Positions 47,655-57,423 of a DNA stretch of 64,000 bases are shown here, piece by piece. Location of the stretch: positions 800,001 to 864,000 of the forward strand of contig CBDASZ010000001.1 of NCBI GenBank assembly GCA_965199755.1, written 5' to 3'. Source of the stretch: an uncultured candidatus Porisulfidus sp. Its GTDB lineage: Bacteria; Pseudomonadota; Gammaproteobacteria; Poriferisulfidales; Poriferisulfidaceae. Within the stretch, counting starts at the first letter, position 1; each line of letters opens with the position of its first letter. Below the pieces are notes generated by a model. That model was not told the origin of the DNA. It did not search any database and worked only from the letters and a program-made list of their open reading frames with translations. Made by a program: the position numbers and the translations under genes.

Positions 47655-48401
47655 CACGCCGATCCCTTCGATCTCGACTTCCACCGTGCAGCCGCGCGGC
47701 ATCGGCCCTAGTCCGCAAGACGTGCCGCAGCAAATCACATCACCCGGTAACAGACTCATGTTGCGCGACAAATACGACACAATCTCCGGCGGGCCCATCA
47801 TCATGTCGCTGGCCGGATAGCGCTGGCGCTCCTCACCATCAACGCGCGTCACAATCTCCAGATCCCGATAGTCCAGATCCGTCGCCACCACAGGACCGAA
47901 TACGCCGAACGTGTCAAATCCCTTCGAGCGCGTCCACTGATCAAAACCCTCATAGTCCTTAAGAATACTGAATGCAGTCACGTCATTGATGCAGGTGTAG
48001 CCGAAGATCGCGTCCGCAGCCTTTTCCACGTCCACTTCCTTTACGCGCCGGCCAATAACGATCCCCAGTTCCCCCTCATAAAACACGTCTTCTTCAATTG
48101 AGGCGGGATGCTCAATGACTTCTTCCGTCGCCAGAAATGAGGACGTCGCCTTGAACAGATACAGCGGGGTTTGCGGAAAGTTCAGGCCCTTCTCTTGCGC
48201 CAGTGCCTTGTAGTTGTTCCACAGAGCCGGCATCTTGCTTGGCTGCGTCGGTGTCAACAGGCGCACCTCTGATGAATCCACGGTTTCTCCTGCGGATTGC
48301 GGCGAATCAAACATGTCGCCCTCGCAAACCTCGATAGTGTTCCCATTTAACCGCCCAAAACCCATGCGATTGCCCTGTGTAAATCGTACCCAGTGTGTCA
48401 T
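47634..48401 (-). CDS. Fumarylacetoacetate hydrolase family protein
   Basis: 'YEGELGIVIG', 'GYTCINDVTA', 'K.FDTF..FGP', 'L.PGDVI..GT'. Confidence 0.9.
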   Translation of the reverse strand: MTHWVRFTQGNRMGFGRLNGNTIEVCEGDMFDSPQSAGETVDSSEVRLLTPTQPSKMPALWNNYKALAQEKGLNFPQTPLYLFKATSSFLATEEVIEHPASIEEDVFYEGELGIVIGRRVKEVDVEKAADAIFGYTCINDVTAFSILKDYEGFDQWTRSKGFDTFGVFGPVVATDLDYRDLEIVTRVDGEERQRYPASDMMMGPPEIVSYLSRNMSLLPGDVICCGTSCGLGPMPRGCTVEVEIEGIGVLRNRYR

Positions 48402-49360
48402 GTTGCCAATTCCTTAGAAAGATTTTTCAAATAATTGATTCTGCTGTTATTTAATGATGCAGCATTGGTCGCTTTGCGCCAGTCTCGCGCACCCGGCCGG
48501 TTGCGAAACAGGCCAGACAGGTGTCGCGTTATTCGAACCAGCGGAACACCCCGACTCTCCTGCTCTAGCAAGTAAGAGAAATAAGCATCCAGTACGGCAA
48601 GCGGCATCGGCAAGACGCTGCCTTCAGGAAACAGATGGCGCTCAATATGCCGGACCTGTGCAGGGTTCTCATACGCCAAACGTCCGACCATTACTCCGTC
48701 GACGCACCCCAGATGCTCCTGAACTTCCCTCACATCCCGTATCCCGCCATTCAAAATGATTTCGCAAGAGGGAAACTGTTGCTTCAATCGATAAACGCGT
48801 GCGTAATTCAGTGGCGGAATGGTGCGATTCTGCCTGGGACTGAGCCCGCGCGACAGAAGCGCCTTGCGTGCATGCACGTAAAAAACCCAACAACCCGCCG
48901 CCGAAACGGTCTGAACAAACTCAAGCAAAGATTCCTCTGCATCCTGATCATCCACCCCGATTCGGCACTTGACCGTAACCGGGACAGTAACCTTCGCCTG
49001 CATGGCTGCAACACACTGTGCAACCTGTGTCGGCTCGCGCATCAGACACGCGCCAAACCGCCCTTGCTGTACCTTGCCGCTAGGGCAGCCCACATTCAAG
49101 TTGATCTCATCATAGCCACGGGCTTCTGCAATAACTGCGGCATGCGCCAATTCTTCCGGATCGCTGCCGCCAAGTTGCAGCACCAGCGGGTGTTCGCTGG
49201 GATCGAATTCCAGCAGTTGAGGGTCGCCATGCAAGACCGCGCCTGAGGTTATCATTTCTGTAAACAACCGGGCATGAGGCGCCAGTAACCGCATGAGATA
49301 GCGGAAATGACGGTCCGTATAGTCCATCATCGGCGCAATGCAAAAAAGACGGTCAATCAC
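48398..49360 (-). CDS. dusA: tRNA-dihydrouridine(20/20a) synthase
   Basis: 'APMMDYTDRHFRY', 'QLGGSDP', 'EINLNVGCPS', 'FGACLM', 'VHARKA...GLSP.QNR.IPPL.Y'. Confidence 0.94.
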   Translation of the reverse strand: MIDRLFCIAPMMDYTDRHFRYLMRLLAPHARLFTEMITSGAVLHGDPQLLEFDPSEHPLVLQLGGSDPEELAHAAVIAEARGYDEINLNVGCPSGKVQQGRFGACLMREPTQVAQCVAAMQAKVTVPVTVKCRIGVDDQDAEESLLEFVQTVSAAGCWVFYVHARKALLSRGLSPRQNRTIPPLNYARVYRLKQQFPSCEIILNGGIRDVREVQEHLGCVDGVMVGRLAYENPAQVRHIERHLFPEGSVLPMPLAVLDAYFSYLLEQESRGVPLVRITRHLSGLFRNRPGARDWRKATNAASLNNSRINYLKNLSKELAT

Positions 49361-49504
49361 AGTGAGAGCACATAATAGGAACTGGAGGGAGAGATGGGAC
49401 TTATTTATATTGCCTGCAAGAATAATGTGCCAGAAAAAATTCGCAACTTGCTCAATCGTTTCTGCACACCTGTATTTTGCAGCATACTAAAAACGCCAAT
49501 ATCT

Positions 49505-50191
49505 TCAACTGACGGATTCAAGGAATTTCTCTGGCGCAATCACCGCCTCGCGATTCAATTTAGTCGCCCACGCTCTAACCTGTCTCTCATCCGCACTTGC
49601 GATGGCTTCACATACTGCCCGATCCCATTCTTGTCTCACTTCGGTGTATCCCTCCCGATATTGAGGCACATCAATGTCTTTTGTGTTCTCCCAAGCCTCT
49701 ACCAAACGATTAATCACCTTGGTCTTTTTCGGACAGGGCACAATTACTTGAGATAGTCCTTTGGGATTCCAGTTCGGCCATCCTAGCCCTTTTCCACCTC
49801 TGTGTTTGAACAGTTCTATTCTTCCGAGAGTACTGTTGAGCCACACGGCCCATGCCTTTGCTAGTTCCATGTCTACGCCTTGGACCGGCTTCCATACCAT
49901 TCCAATGGTTCGCTTCGTACAGACAACTGCCCCCACCCGTGCAGATTCCAGATTTTGCCCCGTGCACAGCATAAGATGTGCTGCATACTCGCTAGTCCAC
50001 TTTTTCCATAGCCGTTTTTCGCGCTCAGCATAACTTGCGTCGCTTTCTCCTTTTTTGCGCTTCAACTGCATCACTGAATCAGTTTTTCCGGCTAGCCGTG
50101 TCTGTCCAGATTCAGCTTTGCTATTCATGATCATACGTCGTATTCCGGTTCCGTCAAATTGCACTAGTGCGCCATCACCTGAGGCACGCAT
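49505..50191 (-). CDS. Frameshifted C-terminal part (putative target-recognition region) of the Type ISP-like R-M enzyme
   Basis: 228-aa ORF starting 5 nt after the G13 tract; joined in frame to the upstream ORF by G11 or G14; 'AVWLNSTLG' resembles R-M specificity regions. Confidence 0.7.
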   Translation of the reverse strand: MRASGDGALVQFDGTGIRRMIMNSKAESGQTRLAGKTDSVMQLKRKKGESDASYAEREKRLWKKWTSEYAAHLMLCTGQNLESARVGAVVCTKRTIGMVWKPVQGVDMELAKAWAVWLNSTLGRIELFKHRGGKGLGWPNWNPKGLSQVIVPCPKKTKVINRLVEAWENTKDIDVPQYREGYTEVRQEWDRAVCEAIASADERQVRAWATKLNREAVIAPEKFLESVS

Positions 50192-53100
50192 CCGTACCCC
50201 CCCCCCCCCTTAATTTCAACTTCGCCGATGGCAATAAGTTCGTCCCACGACTCCATCATCTCAACAGCTTCATCCAGAGTTGGGTCAGACCATCCTGCTG
50301 CACTCCAGTCACCTTGCTGGAGACGCATATTACTGACTTGCCATGTCTTCACCCCAAGGACGTGTGCACCGCCTCGAATCGCTTCAACAATCTCAAGCAC
50401 CTCGTCTGTAGTTTCAGGCATACGTCCAATGCTCACAAATGTAGTTGATCGATTTGTTCCCCGTTCATCACGTGTCCCAATGACTAAGCTTTCGTTTGCG
50501 GCCGTGTTTTGACTCATATTAGGCTGTTTAGGATCGTGGGCCGTTACCACATATTGAATGTGCAATTCTCTCGCGAGGATTTTGCGTTGTTGCAATCCGG
50601 TTGGCGCTAGTAATCCGATAGTCGGAAGTACCATGCCTAATACTCCGCTATCCTGATCAATACACCTGAGACCTAATCCAACATATAGCGGTTGGGTTGT
50701 GTTTTTGTCAGTTATGTCTTTAAGGTCTGCACATCGTGTATCCATGACCGCTTGTCCGGCATCGATTCGGCGCCGTATTGCTTTTTGCTCTTCAGGTTTA
50801 AACTTCATGCCAAGTTTTTTACGTGTCACGAATGGAGGATTGGTCAAAACCACCCGTCTTCCAACAACTGTGTCCACCACATCCTCGACTTTTCCTTTCT
50901 GCTCTGTTGGCTCGTCATCTTTCAAGCCAATCTGCTGACCCTTAGCAGCCGTTTTGTACGGCAGTAGAGTCTCCGGGAACAAGTCATCTTCATCTGTTTC
51001 ACCAACTACACGCTCGTCTACAAGCAACTCCAAAGACCCCGCTTTTGCTGGCTCGTTATGGTTGTCTCCTTGCTGCCCATAAGGCATCTTCCAAAGGTTC
51101 ATGCTCTTATAACGAGCATCAATGTCTCCAATGATGAGTTGTGCTCCTGCAAGCTGAAGGGACACAGGATTTATGTCTAACCCAACCACACCGTGTTCTA
51201 CAGCATATTTGTGGAGTTTTTTCAAGGTTTTCTCGTCAGCACCTTGCTCACGTGCACGCCGTTTCATCGCGGTTATATATGCGATCAACAACGTTCCGCT
51301 ACCGCAGGTTGGATCAAACGCGCGGGCATCTCTCCAAGTCTCCTTCTTTTTCCAGTCGACCTCTCCAATACTTTCCGTCACCAGTTCCGCAAGTAGCATG
51401 GCCGCCATTGGCTTAGTGAAATAGGCGCCATCCGAAGCTTGATTACCCATAACCTTGTTAAATAGTTCTCCGGCGAAATCCATACCCATCGCTGCGTAGG
51501 TTTCAGCAATGTTTGCCGCATCCTTTGCAATGCCTCTAAGTGCTGCATCAAGTGCTACCGTTTTGCGAACTTCGCGTGTCAGATGGAAAAGCAGATTCCG
51601 GCTTAAAGTAAATACTGGCTGATAATCGATTTCAAGAATCTGATTCCAGATCGATATGAGGTCTTCCGCTGGCGCCCCAGAAGTTTGTACATCGATTAGT
51701 CTTTGAATCTTGCGACCTTCCATGACTTTGCCTTGCTCCAACCGCGCTTGCACAATGCAAGCCATCATCATCATCAGTGCTGTGACAGTACATGCATCAG
51801 CACTCTTCTCTGTCTGTTGGATTCTGTCCATTCCAAGCTGGCCTCGGAGTTCACGCTCAAGACCATCTTCGCGTAATTGATGTGAGGAACGTTCAACTGT
51901 CTCACGTAAAATATTGAAATCTCGCTCAGCCCCACTTAATAGCCCTGATCGTTTTAGCAAGTTAACACGTATGGCATCTGCCTGTGGACCAAGTTTGTCG
52001 AGTAGAGATAGTTCACCTTGGAACGCTTTCTCTTTGTTTGCATTATTGATTCCTTTTTGCGGGTCACGTAGTTTGATGGCCTCTTTGTCTCGTCTGGCAC
52101 AAGCGACTGTTAGTAATTCTCGTGCCTGTGCCGCTGCCGGACCTACCGGATAACCTTTATTCTCCCTTGGGTAATTGACTTCTGCACAAACTCCTGCAAC
52201 TTTTGGCTTCTCGCGGTGCGTGTCGTCTACGATGATAGTATCGTATGGTCTCTGCTGAATGATCGTGTCGCCATCGACATCCTTGACTTCTCCATTATTC
52301 TGAAGCCGCTCAATAACACTCGACTGATCTCCTACATCTGCAATGAGAGGTTGAATGCTATCAGCGAGACCAACCCAGAGCAAACTTTTGATGCGACCAT
52401 CATCTGACTTCACTGTGATGAGATGCGGCACGTGCTCTTTGGAAGGCTTCGGCACTACCAACGTGAGTTGATCTGTTAATGCACTTTCGATTCGATCATC
52501 ATGTGCACGCAGCGCATTTAGCACTTGCCCGAGTTCCTTCCATCCTTCATCATTTGTCTGTGACTCGAGCCAGCTTTCTGCACACTGTCCGGCCGGAATT
52601 ACCAGTGGCACAATTATCAGTCCAATCTCTTTTTTGCTACTCCGGCGCATTACACGCCCCACGGCTTGGATTACATCTACTGGACTTTTTCTTGGCTCAA
52701 TGAAGGCGACTGCACTCAGATCTGGCGTATCGATCCCTTCTCCGAATATTCCGACGTTGCATACTGCATATGGCTTTTCGTTTGTGGCAGTGCGCAATTT
52801 CTCCAGTGCCAACTCGCGATTGACTGCACCATCACTGGAATCGCGATGCTCAAGACTGTATTCGATCTTCTCAGCGTGCCCTACACTTGCCTTCTCTTTC
52901 ACCCATACACGAACATTTTCTTTGCTGAGATCAGTGACTAATTCTTTCGAGCGGCTTATTCGATTACAAAAAGCAATGCTAGAGCGTATGGAGAGATGAC
53001 CATTCGCATTTAAAGCTGGCACCCCGCCTCCCAATGCCAAACTGTATGCCAGTTTACGCACTGCCAGACTCGTGTTGTGTCCTCGTGGGTCAGCTTTGTG

Positions 53101-54585
53101 TCCGGCTGCCTCTGCAGCTCGGATATTTTCGGATGCAATTTCATTCCCCAAGTCATAAGCATCGCCGGGAACGCCCACAGCAACAATACGGTAGTCCGTC
53201 AAATATTTCTTTTCGACCGCTTCTCGATAAGATAATCTGTAACAAACGGGCCCAAATAGCGCTTCATCATCCATCGTGCTAACTTCCCAGTTCTTGGCAG
53301 CATAATCACCTTTTTTCGCTTCTCCCATCGCGAAATTTCGTGGAGTAGCAGTCATGTATATCCGCGTACGTGCAGGCATGTCTTTGCTACGATGGCAGGT
53401 AGTAAAGGATCTAACTCCTTCCTTCTTTTTCGCAGATTTCATTGGACGTATGCCAGCAGTTCGATGCGCTTCATCGCAGATCAACACTGCGGCACGTGTC
53501 TTCGTATCGCGAAGTGCCCGCGCTGTCTGGTGGCTGGATTGATAAGTAGAGAAAATGACGCTTCGTGTGCCCTTGCGCTTTGATCCCTCTAGCCACTGAG
53601 CTATGCCGGTAGCTTCCCCACGAACCTCCCCTGCCAGCTCACCTGCTTGCATCAAGCTGCGGTCTGCAGTCGGATCGTCTATAGCGTTTTCTGCATGGCG
53701 TTCCTCCTGATTTTTTAGGTCTTTAGGACTGGCTACGTGTCTGTCAGAGCATACAGAGAGTGTCTCGATCTGTTCACCATGCCGTTCAGCACAGTCAAGC
53801 CATGCTAGGCGCAATTGCCTCACTAGCCCAATACTCGGCGCCAGCACTACGACCAAGTTATTGCCTCGCTTGCCCCCTGGTAGATTTTCAATTAGTCCTC
53901 GGGCGGCATCATATCCAACCCGGGTTTTCCCTGTACCACAGGGCATGATGATTTGGCCTCGTGATTCATCATTTGCCCACTCTGCATGCTTTGTTTTTGC
54001 TTCACGGATATGCTCCAGTTTTTCTAATGCTTTCTTAACTGCTTGCTGTTGCATGGATGACCTTGGATCTTCCCGATGACTTGTGGCTTCCTCACACCGG
54101 GTTACTTCTCTCCGTATTGCAGCGCTGATGTTAATCACCTTGATTTTAGACTCCTCATCTGGGAGAATTTGCGCTTTCTGATACAAATGCTCACCTGGTT
54201 GAGCAACCGTTACAAGCCATCGCTCGCCCCAATTTTTGTTCTGCGTCGCAGACGAAAACTCAGTAATATCCTCCTTTCTCAATGATAATGGCTTTCCTTT
54301 TTTGCTAAACCTGCGTGCTTTGCACTGGATTGCAATCAATCGCCCGTCCTTTCTCTCTGCAACAAGGTCAATACCATCATCTTTGCGACGTGCGGCAGAG
54401 CCAAAGTTATCCTCTAAACCTGGCCAGTCTTTCCACTTCCATATTTGGCTGATATCCCATTCGAGAATACATGCCCCAAAATTCTCCGTTAGATCCTCAA
54501 GCCATTGACCATCTCCTGCGTCATCCTTGTGGTCAGCAATGATCTGCAATGCTCTTTTCAGATTCTGTATATGAGGGTTTCCCAT
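50164..54585 (-). CDS. Type ISP-like single-polypeptide restriction-modification enzyme (Mrr-like nuclease, SF2 helicase, N6-adenine MTase), truncated at a poly-G tract
   Basis: 'DDGIDLVA...IAIQCK'; 'MPCGTGKT', 'DEAH', 'MTATP', 'QAVGRVMR'; MTase 'DPTCGSGTLL' and 'NPPF'. Confidence 0.88.
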   Translation of the reverse strand: MGNPHIQNLKRALQIIADHKDDAGDGQWLEDLTENFGACILEWDISQIWKWKDWPGLEDNFGSAARRKDDGIDLVAERKDGRLIAIQCKARRFSKKGKPLSLRKEDITEFSSATQNKNWGERWLVTVAQPGEHLYQKAQILPDEESKIKVINISAAIRREVTRCEEATSHREDPRSSMQQQAVKKALEKLEHIREAKTKHAEWANDESRGQIIMPCGTGKTRVGYDAARGLIENLPGGKRGNNLVVVLAPSIGLVRQLRLAWLDCAERHGEQIETLSVCSDRHVASPKDLKNQEERHAENAIDDPTADRSLMQAGELAGEVRGEATGIAQWLEGSKRKGTRSVIFSTYQSSHQTARALRDTKTRAAVLICDEAHRTAGIRPMKSAKKKEGVRSFTTCHRSKDMPARTRIYMTATPRNFAMGEAKKGDYAAKNWEVSTMDDEALFGPVCYRLSYREAVEKKYLTDYRIVAVGVPGDAYDLGNEIASENIRAAEAAGHKADPRGHNTSLAVRKLAYSLALGGGVPALNANGHLSIRSSIAFCNRISRSKELVTDLSKENVRVWVKEKASVGHAEKIEYSLEHRDSSDGAVNRELALEKLRTATNEKPYAVCNVGIFGEGIDTPDLSAVAFIEPRKSPVDVIQAVGRVMRRSSKKEIGLIIVPLVIPAGQCAESWLESQTNDEGWKELGQVLNALRAHDDRIESALTDQLTLVVPKPSKEHVPHLITVKSDDGRIKSLLWVGLADSIQPLIADVGDQSSVIERLQNNGEVKDVDGDTIIQQRPYDTIIVDDTHREKPKVAGVCAEVNYPRENKGYPVGPAAAQARELLTVACARRDKEAIKLRDPQKGINNANKEKAFQGELSLLDKLGPQADAIRVNLLKRSGLLSGAERDFNILRETVERSSHQLREDGLERELRGQLGMDRIQQTEKSADACTVTALMMMMACIVQARLEQGKVMEGRKIQRLIDVQTSGAPAEDLISIWNQILEIDYQPVFTLSRNLLFHLTREVRKTVALDAALRGIAKDAANIAETYAAMGMDFAGELFNKVMGNQASDGAYFTKPMAAMLLAELVTESIGEVDWKKKETWRDARAFDPTCGSGTLLIAYITAMKRRAREQGADEKTLKKLHKYAVEHGVVGLDINPVSLQLAGAQLIIGDIDARYKSMNLWKMPYGQQGDNHNEPAKAGSLELLVDERVVGETDEDDLFPETLLPYKTAAKGQQIGLKDDEPTEQKGKVEDVVDTVVGRRVVLTNPPFVTRKKLGMKFKPEEQKAIRRRIDAGQAVMDTRCADLKDITDKNTTQPLYVGLGLRCIDQDSGVLGMVLPTIGLLAPTGLQQRKILARELHIQYVVTAHDPKQPNMSQNTAANESLVIGTRDERGTNRSTTFVSIGRMPETTDEVLEIVEAIRGGAHVLGVKTWQVSNMRLQQGDWSAAGWSDPTLDEAVEMMESWDELIAIGEVEIKGGGGYGCVPQVMAH
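50197..50209 (-). repeat. G13 homopolymer tract (C13 on + strand)
   Basis: 13 consecutive C at 50197-50209, at the frameshift junction. Confidence 0.95.
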
Positions 54586-54868
54586 AGTGCTCCTTCCGAA
54601 TTATCATTCTATTTCTAGAATTTTGTGATCTTTTTCGACATTTCTCTTGCTGACAATGCGAAGCGAATTCCTACCAGATGTTCATGCTCAATTGGAGATT
54701 ATTCTAGCAAAACGCTCCCGACTCAGAAGCGGGGAAAATCCAATGGCGGCAATCACCATGCCCCAATAGCGCCTTTAATTCCGGCAAGTATCAAGAAACT
54801 AAGCGCATTTTTCGTAATCACCATCGCACTGTTGGTGCGGCTTATGCCAGTTCATGCCTAGTTCTCCT

Positions 54869-55057
54869 TTATTCTAACATCAGCATGTCATAGGCCACGC
54901 CCGCCTCGATCCGATCAATGTCGTGTAGGGCGGCTATACCAAATACCAAGCTGTCGTCATCCAACCCGCTAGTAACCAGCGCGTAGGCGGCCTCAAAATT
55001 CTGTAATTGGATCAATTTGATGAGCGTCATCAATCGGATGGTTAGTTCCTTATTCAT
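54869..55057 (-). CDS. Small hypothetical protein (phage-like)
   Basis: MNKELTIRL...; its ATG overlaps the upstream stop (ATGAATAA). Confidence 0.5.
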   Translation of the reverse strand: MNKELTIRLMTLIKLIQLQNFEAAYALVTSGLDDDSLVFGIAALHDIDRIEAGVAYDMLMLE

Positions 55058-55589
55058 GGTGCTTTGCCCCCATCCCACCCGTCAACAAGCGAAATACACG
55101 CGTGCTAAATCGAATCGCCAACTCGGGCGGCTCCTCGCCACGCTTCTTCATCTCTCTTGCCATGTGATGCCGTGCCTTGCCGTACAGGATGGCGTCATCG
55201 CCATTCATAAACGTGGCACCATCAATTTCTTTGATGCACCGGCGCAACTCATCAATCGCCATAGTGTTGATAACTGGCCACACGCAATACCAATCGTGGT
55301 TACGTATGTCATATACGATGCCCTCGGTTTTAGCGTCAAGGCCATGCCCCTTTCTCAACTCGCGATCGGCGAGCCTATCTTCAAGCATCTCACACAGGGT
55401 GGCGTGCACAGTAATCTTATCGAGTTAGTGGGGCGTCAAATCGTCGATGTCATCGGGCACGCCTGATGCCAATTGCGCCATCGCCTCGCGCATATCGTCA
55501 TCCGTCATTGCCGACGTCATCTCATACCATTTGTCGTCGTCATCATCGTCAAATGCGGCTACCAGCGCCTTGATGTTGGGGATAGTCAT
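55050..55589 (-). pseudogene. Hypothetical gene interrupted by one in-frame TAA (55425-55427)
   Basis: GGAGGT RBS, ATG at 55589, 54 codons (MTIPNIKALVAAFDDDDDDKWYE...TPH), TAA, then the same frame stays open through the listed 119-aa ORF to 55050. Confidence 0.6.
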
Positions 55590-55755
55590 CGGGCACCTCC
55601 ATCGTTATCAAAATCGGCACTGTTGATTGTGAATCGGGCAAATTGGCGTGGCGGCTTTATGCTACCTAACGGCACGGGTGCCGCACACCGTTTCTCAAGT
55701 TCCATATAGCCATTCACTTTACTTTGAAGTTCGTTGGTACGGAAGGCAATTATAT

Positions 55756-56454
55756 CTATCCATTCTGCAACCAATTGAAGAGCAGCGACTCCAGTATATC
55801 GCGTGTTCTTGCCTGATAAGCCAGAGTTTCCGTTCGCAGGATTGTCGGTGACTGCACAAAGTGATCTTCTTCAAGCTGATGGGTAAATACGCGCACCATC
55901 GTCTCGACCTCTGCCGGTCCCATCTCCAAATGGAATTGCAGGGCGAGTACTCGCGCATCAAACAAGAATCCCTGATTGCGACAACCTTCACTCGCCGCCA
56001 TTGGCAAGGCCATTTCCGGGATGTTAAACGTATCTCCGTGCCAGTGCAGGACCGGAAATTCCGCGGGCAAGCCCTGCCCTATCGGGGTGCATAAGAACTC
56101 ATCAGCAAGTTGTATCGGATACCAGCCGATTTCTGCAACCGGATTTGCTCGAACTTCTGCACCTAGGGCATGTGCGATCAACTGCGCTCCCAGACAGACA
56201 CCCAGAACATGTTTACCTGCGTCGATCGCTTGTTGGATAAAGATCGTCTCGGGAGACAGCCAGTGATATTCGGCATGGTCTGAAACGCCCATCGGCCCGC
56301 CCATGATGACCAGAGCATCAAAACTGTCCGCCTCGGGAAGGGGGTGCGCTTCGTACATCCGGTGCCGCTTCATTTCACCGGCGTGCGCCTGAATGAAATC
56401 TGCTATGCGTCCAGGGCCTTCTGCAGGCACATGCTCCAGTATCAGAAAGCGCAT
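55756..56454 (-). CDS. Type 1 glutamine amidotransferase
   Basis: 'GGPMG', nucleophile 'GVCLGAQL', 'HWHGD', 'LQFHLE'. Confidence 0.9.
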   Translation of the reverse strand: MRFLILEHVPAEGPGRIADFIQAHAGEMKRHRMYEAHPLPEADSFDALVIMGGPMGVSDHAEYHWLSPETIFIQQAIDAGKHVLGVCLGAQLIAHALGAEVRANPVAEIGWYPIQLADEFLCTPIGQGLPAEFPVLHWHGDTFNIPEMALPMAASEGCRNQGFLFDARVLALQFHLEMGPAEVETMVRVFTHQLEEDHFVQSPTILRTETLAYQARTRDILESLLFNWLQNG

Positions 56455-56488
56455 AGTGTCGTGATTATCGCTTAAAATCCAAACCGCT

Positions 56489-57421
56489 ATGACCGCCTCT
56501 CACCCCCTCGCGCTTCAGGTTCAGAACCTCAAGAAAACCTATGCCAACGGCACGGAAGCCCTGCAAGGGATCGACCTGGAGGTAGAGCAAGGCGATTTCT
56601 ACGCTCTGCTCGGCCCCAACGGTGCCGGAAAATCCACGGCGATCGGCATCATCACGTCACTGGTGACCTATTCCGAAGGCTCGGTTTCGATTTTCGGACA
56701 TGACATCCAGAAGGAATATTCAGCTGCTCGATCCTGTCTCGGCCTGGTACCGCAGGAATTCAATTTCAATCAATTTGAGCCTGCCGCCGAGATCGTGATT
56801 TGTCAGGCCGGCTTCTACGGTGTTAGGCGCAAAGAAGCCATACGGCGCACCCAGCAACTACTGGAGCAACTGGAGCTATGGGACAAGCGCTCTGTAATGG
56901 CGCGTGAATTGTCCGGTGGGATGAAGCGCCGATTGATGATTGCTCGCGCCATGGTGCATCATCCGAAATTGCTGATTCTGGACGAACCGACGGCCGGTGT
57001 GGACCTGCAGATCCGCCATAACCTGTGGCGCTATCTGCGGCAAATCAACGAGCAAGGAACCACTATCATTCTGACCACGCACTACCTTGAGGAAGCAGAG
57101 CAGATGTGTCGGAATGTGGGGATCATCTCGCACGGGCGTATTCGCGCCAACACCTCAATCCGCGAATTGCTCGATCAACTGGATTCCGAACACTTTGTGC
57201 TGTACTTGAAATCTCCCGTCTCCACGTGTCCTGCTATTGACGGCTATTCCCTGCTATGCACGGATGATCGCACTTTGGAAGTGACTGTTAGCAAGCAAAC
57301 CGACCTGAATCATCTCTTTGCAGAACTCAACACTCGTGGAATCGAAGTATTGAGCATGAAAAGCAAGACCAACCGGCTGGAGCGCCTGTTTTTGCAGATC
57401 GTTGGCCATAAATTTGAATAA
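56489..57421 (+). CDS. ABC-2 type transporter ATP-binding protein (YadG-like)
   Basis: GPNGAGKST, 'GLVPQEFNFNQFE', LSGGMKRR, LDEPTAGVD, 'NRLE.LF'. Confidence 0.9.
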   Translation: MTASHPLALQVQNLKKTYANGTEALQGIDLEVEQGDFYALLGPNGAGKSTAIGIITSLVTYSEGSVSIFGHDIQKEYSAARSCLGLVPQEFNFNQFEPAAEIVICQAGFYGVRRKEAIRRTQQLLEQLELWDKRSVMARELSGGMKRRLMIARAMVHHPKLLILDEPTAGVDLQIRHNLWRYLRQINEQGTTIILTTHYLEEAEQMCRNVGIISHGRIRANTSIRELLDQLDSEHFVLYLKSPVSTCPAIDGYSLLCTDDRTLEVTVSKQTDLNHLFAELNTRGIEVLSMKSKTNRLERLFLQIVGHKFE

Positions 57422-57423
57422 CT

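Larger units (their letters stand above)
49361..55755. mobile_element. Degraded genomic island adjacent to the dusA 5' end
   Basis: Visibly AT-richer than the flanks; carries an R-M gene and broken, translationally coupled small ORFs; no integrase or att repeats found; borders approximate. Confidence 0.5.

Noticed and set aside
49394-49756. 120-aa plus-strand ORF divergent from dusA, where an integrase might be expected
   Set aside because: No tyrosine-recombinase motifs, and it is mostly antisense to the R-M C-terminal ORF.
55670-55710. 'MELEKRCAAP' as a possible displaced dusA 5' remnant (compare MIDRLFCIAP)
   Set aside because: Only CxAP is shared and nucleotide identity is too low to call an att repeat.
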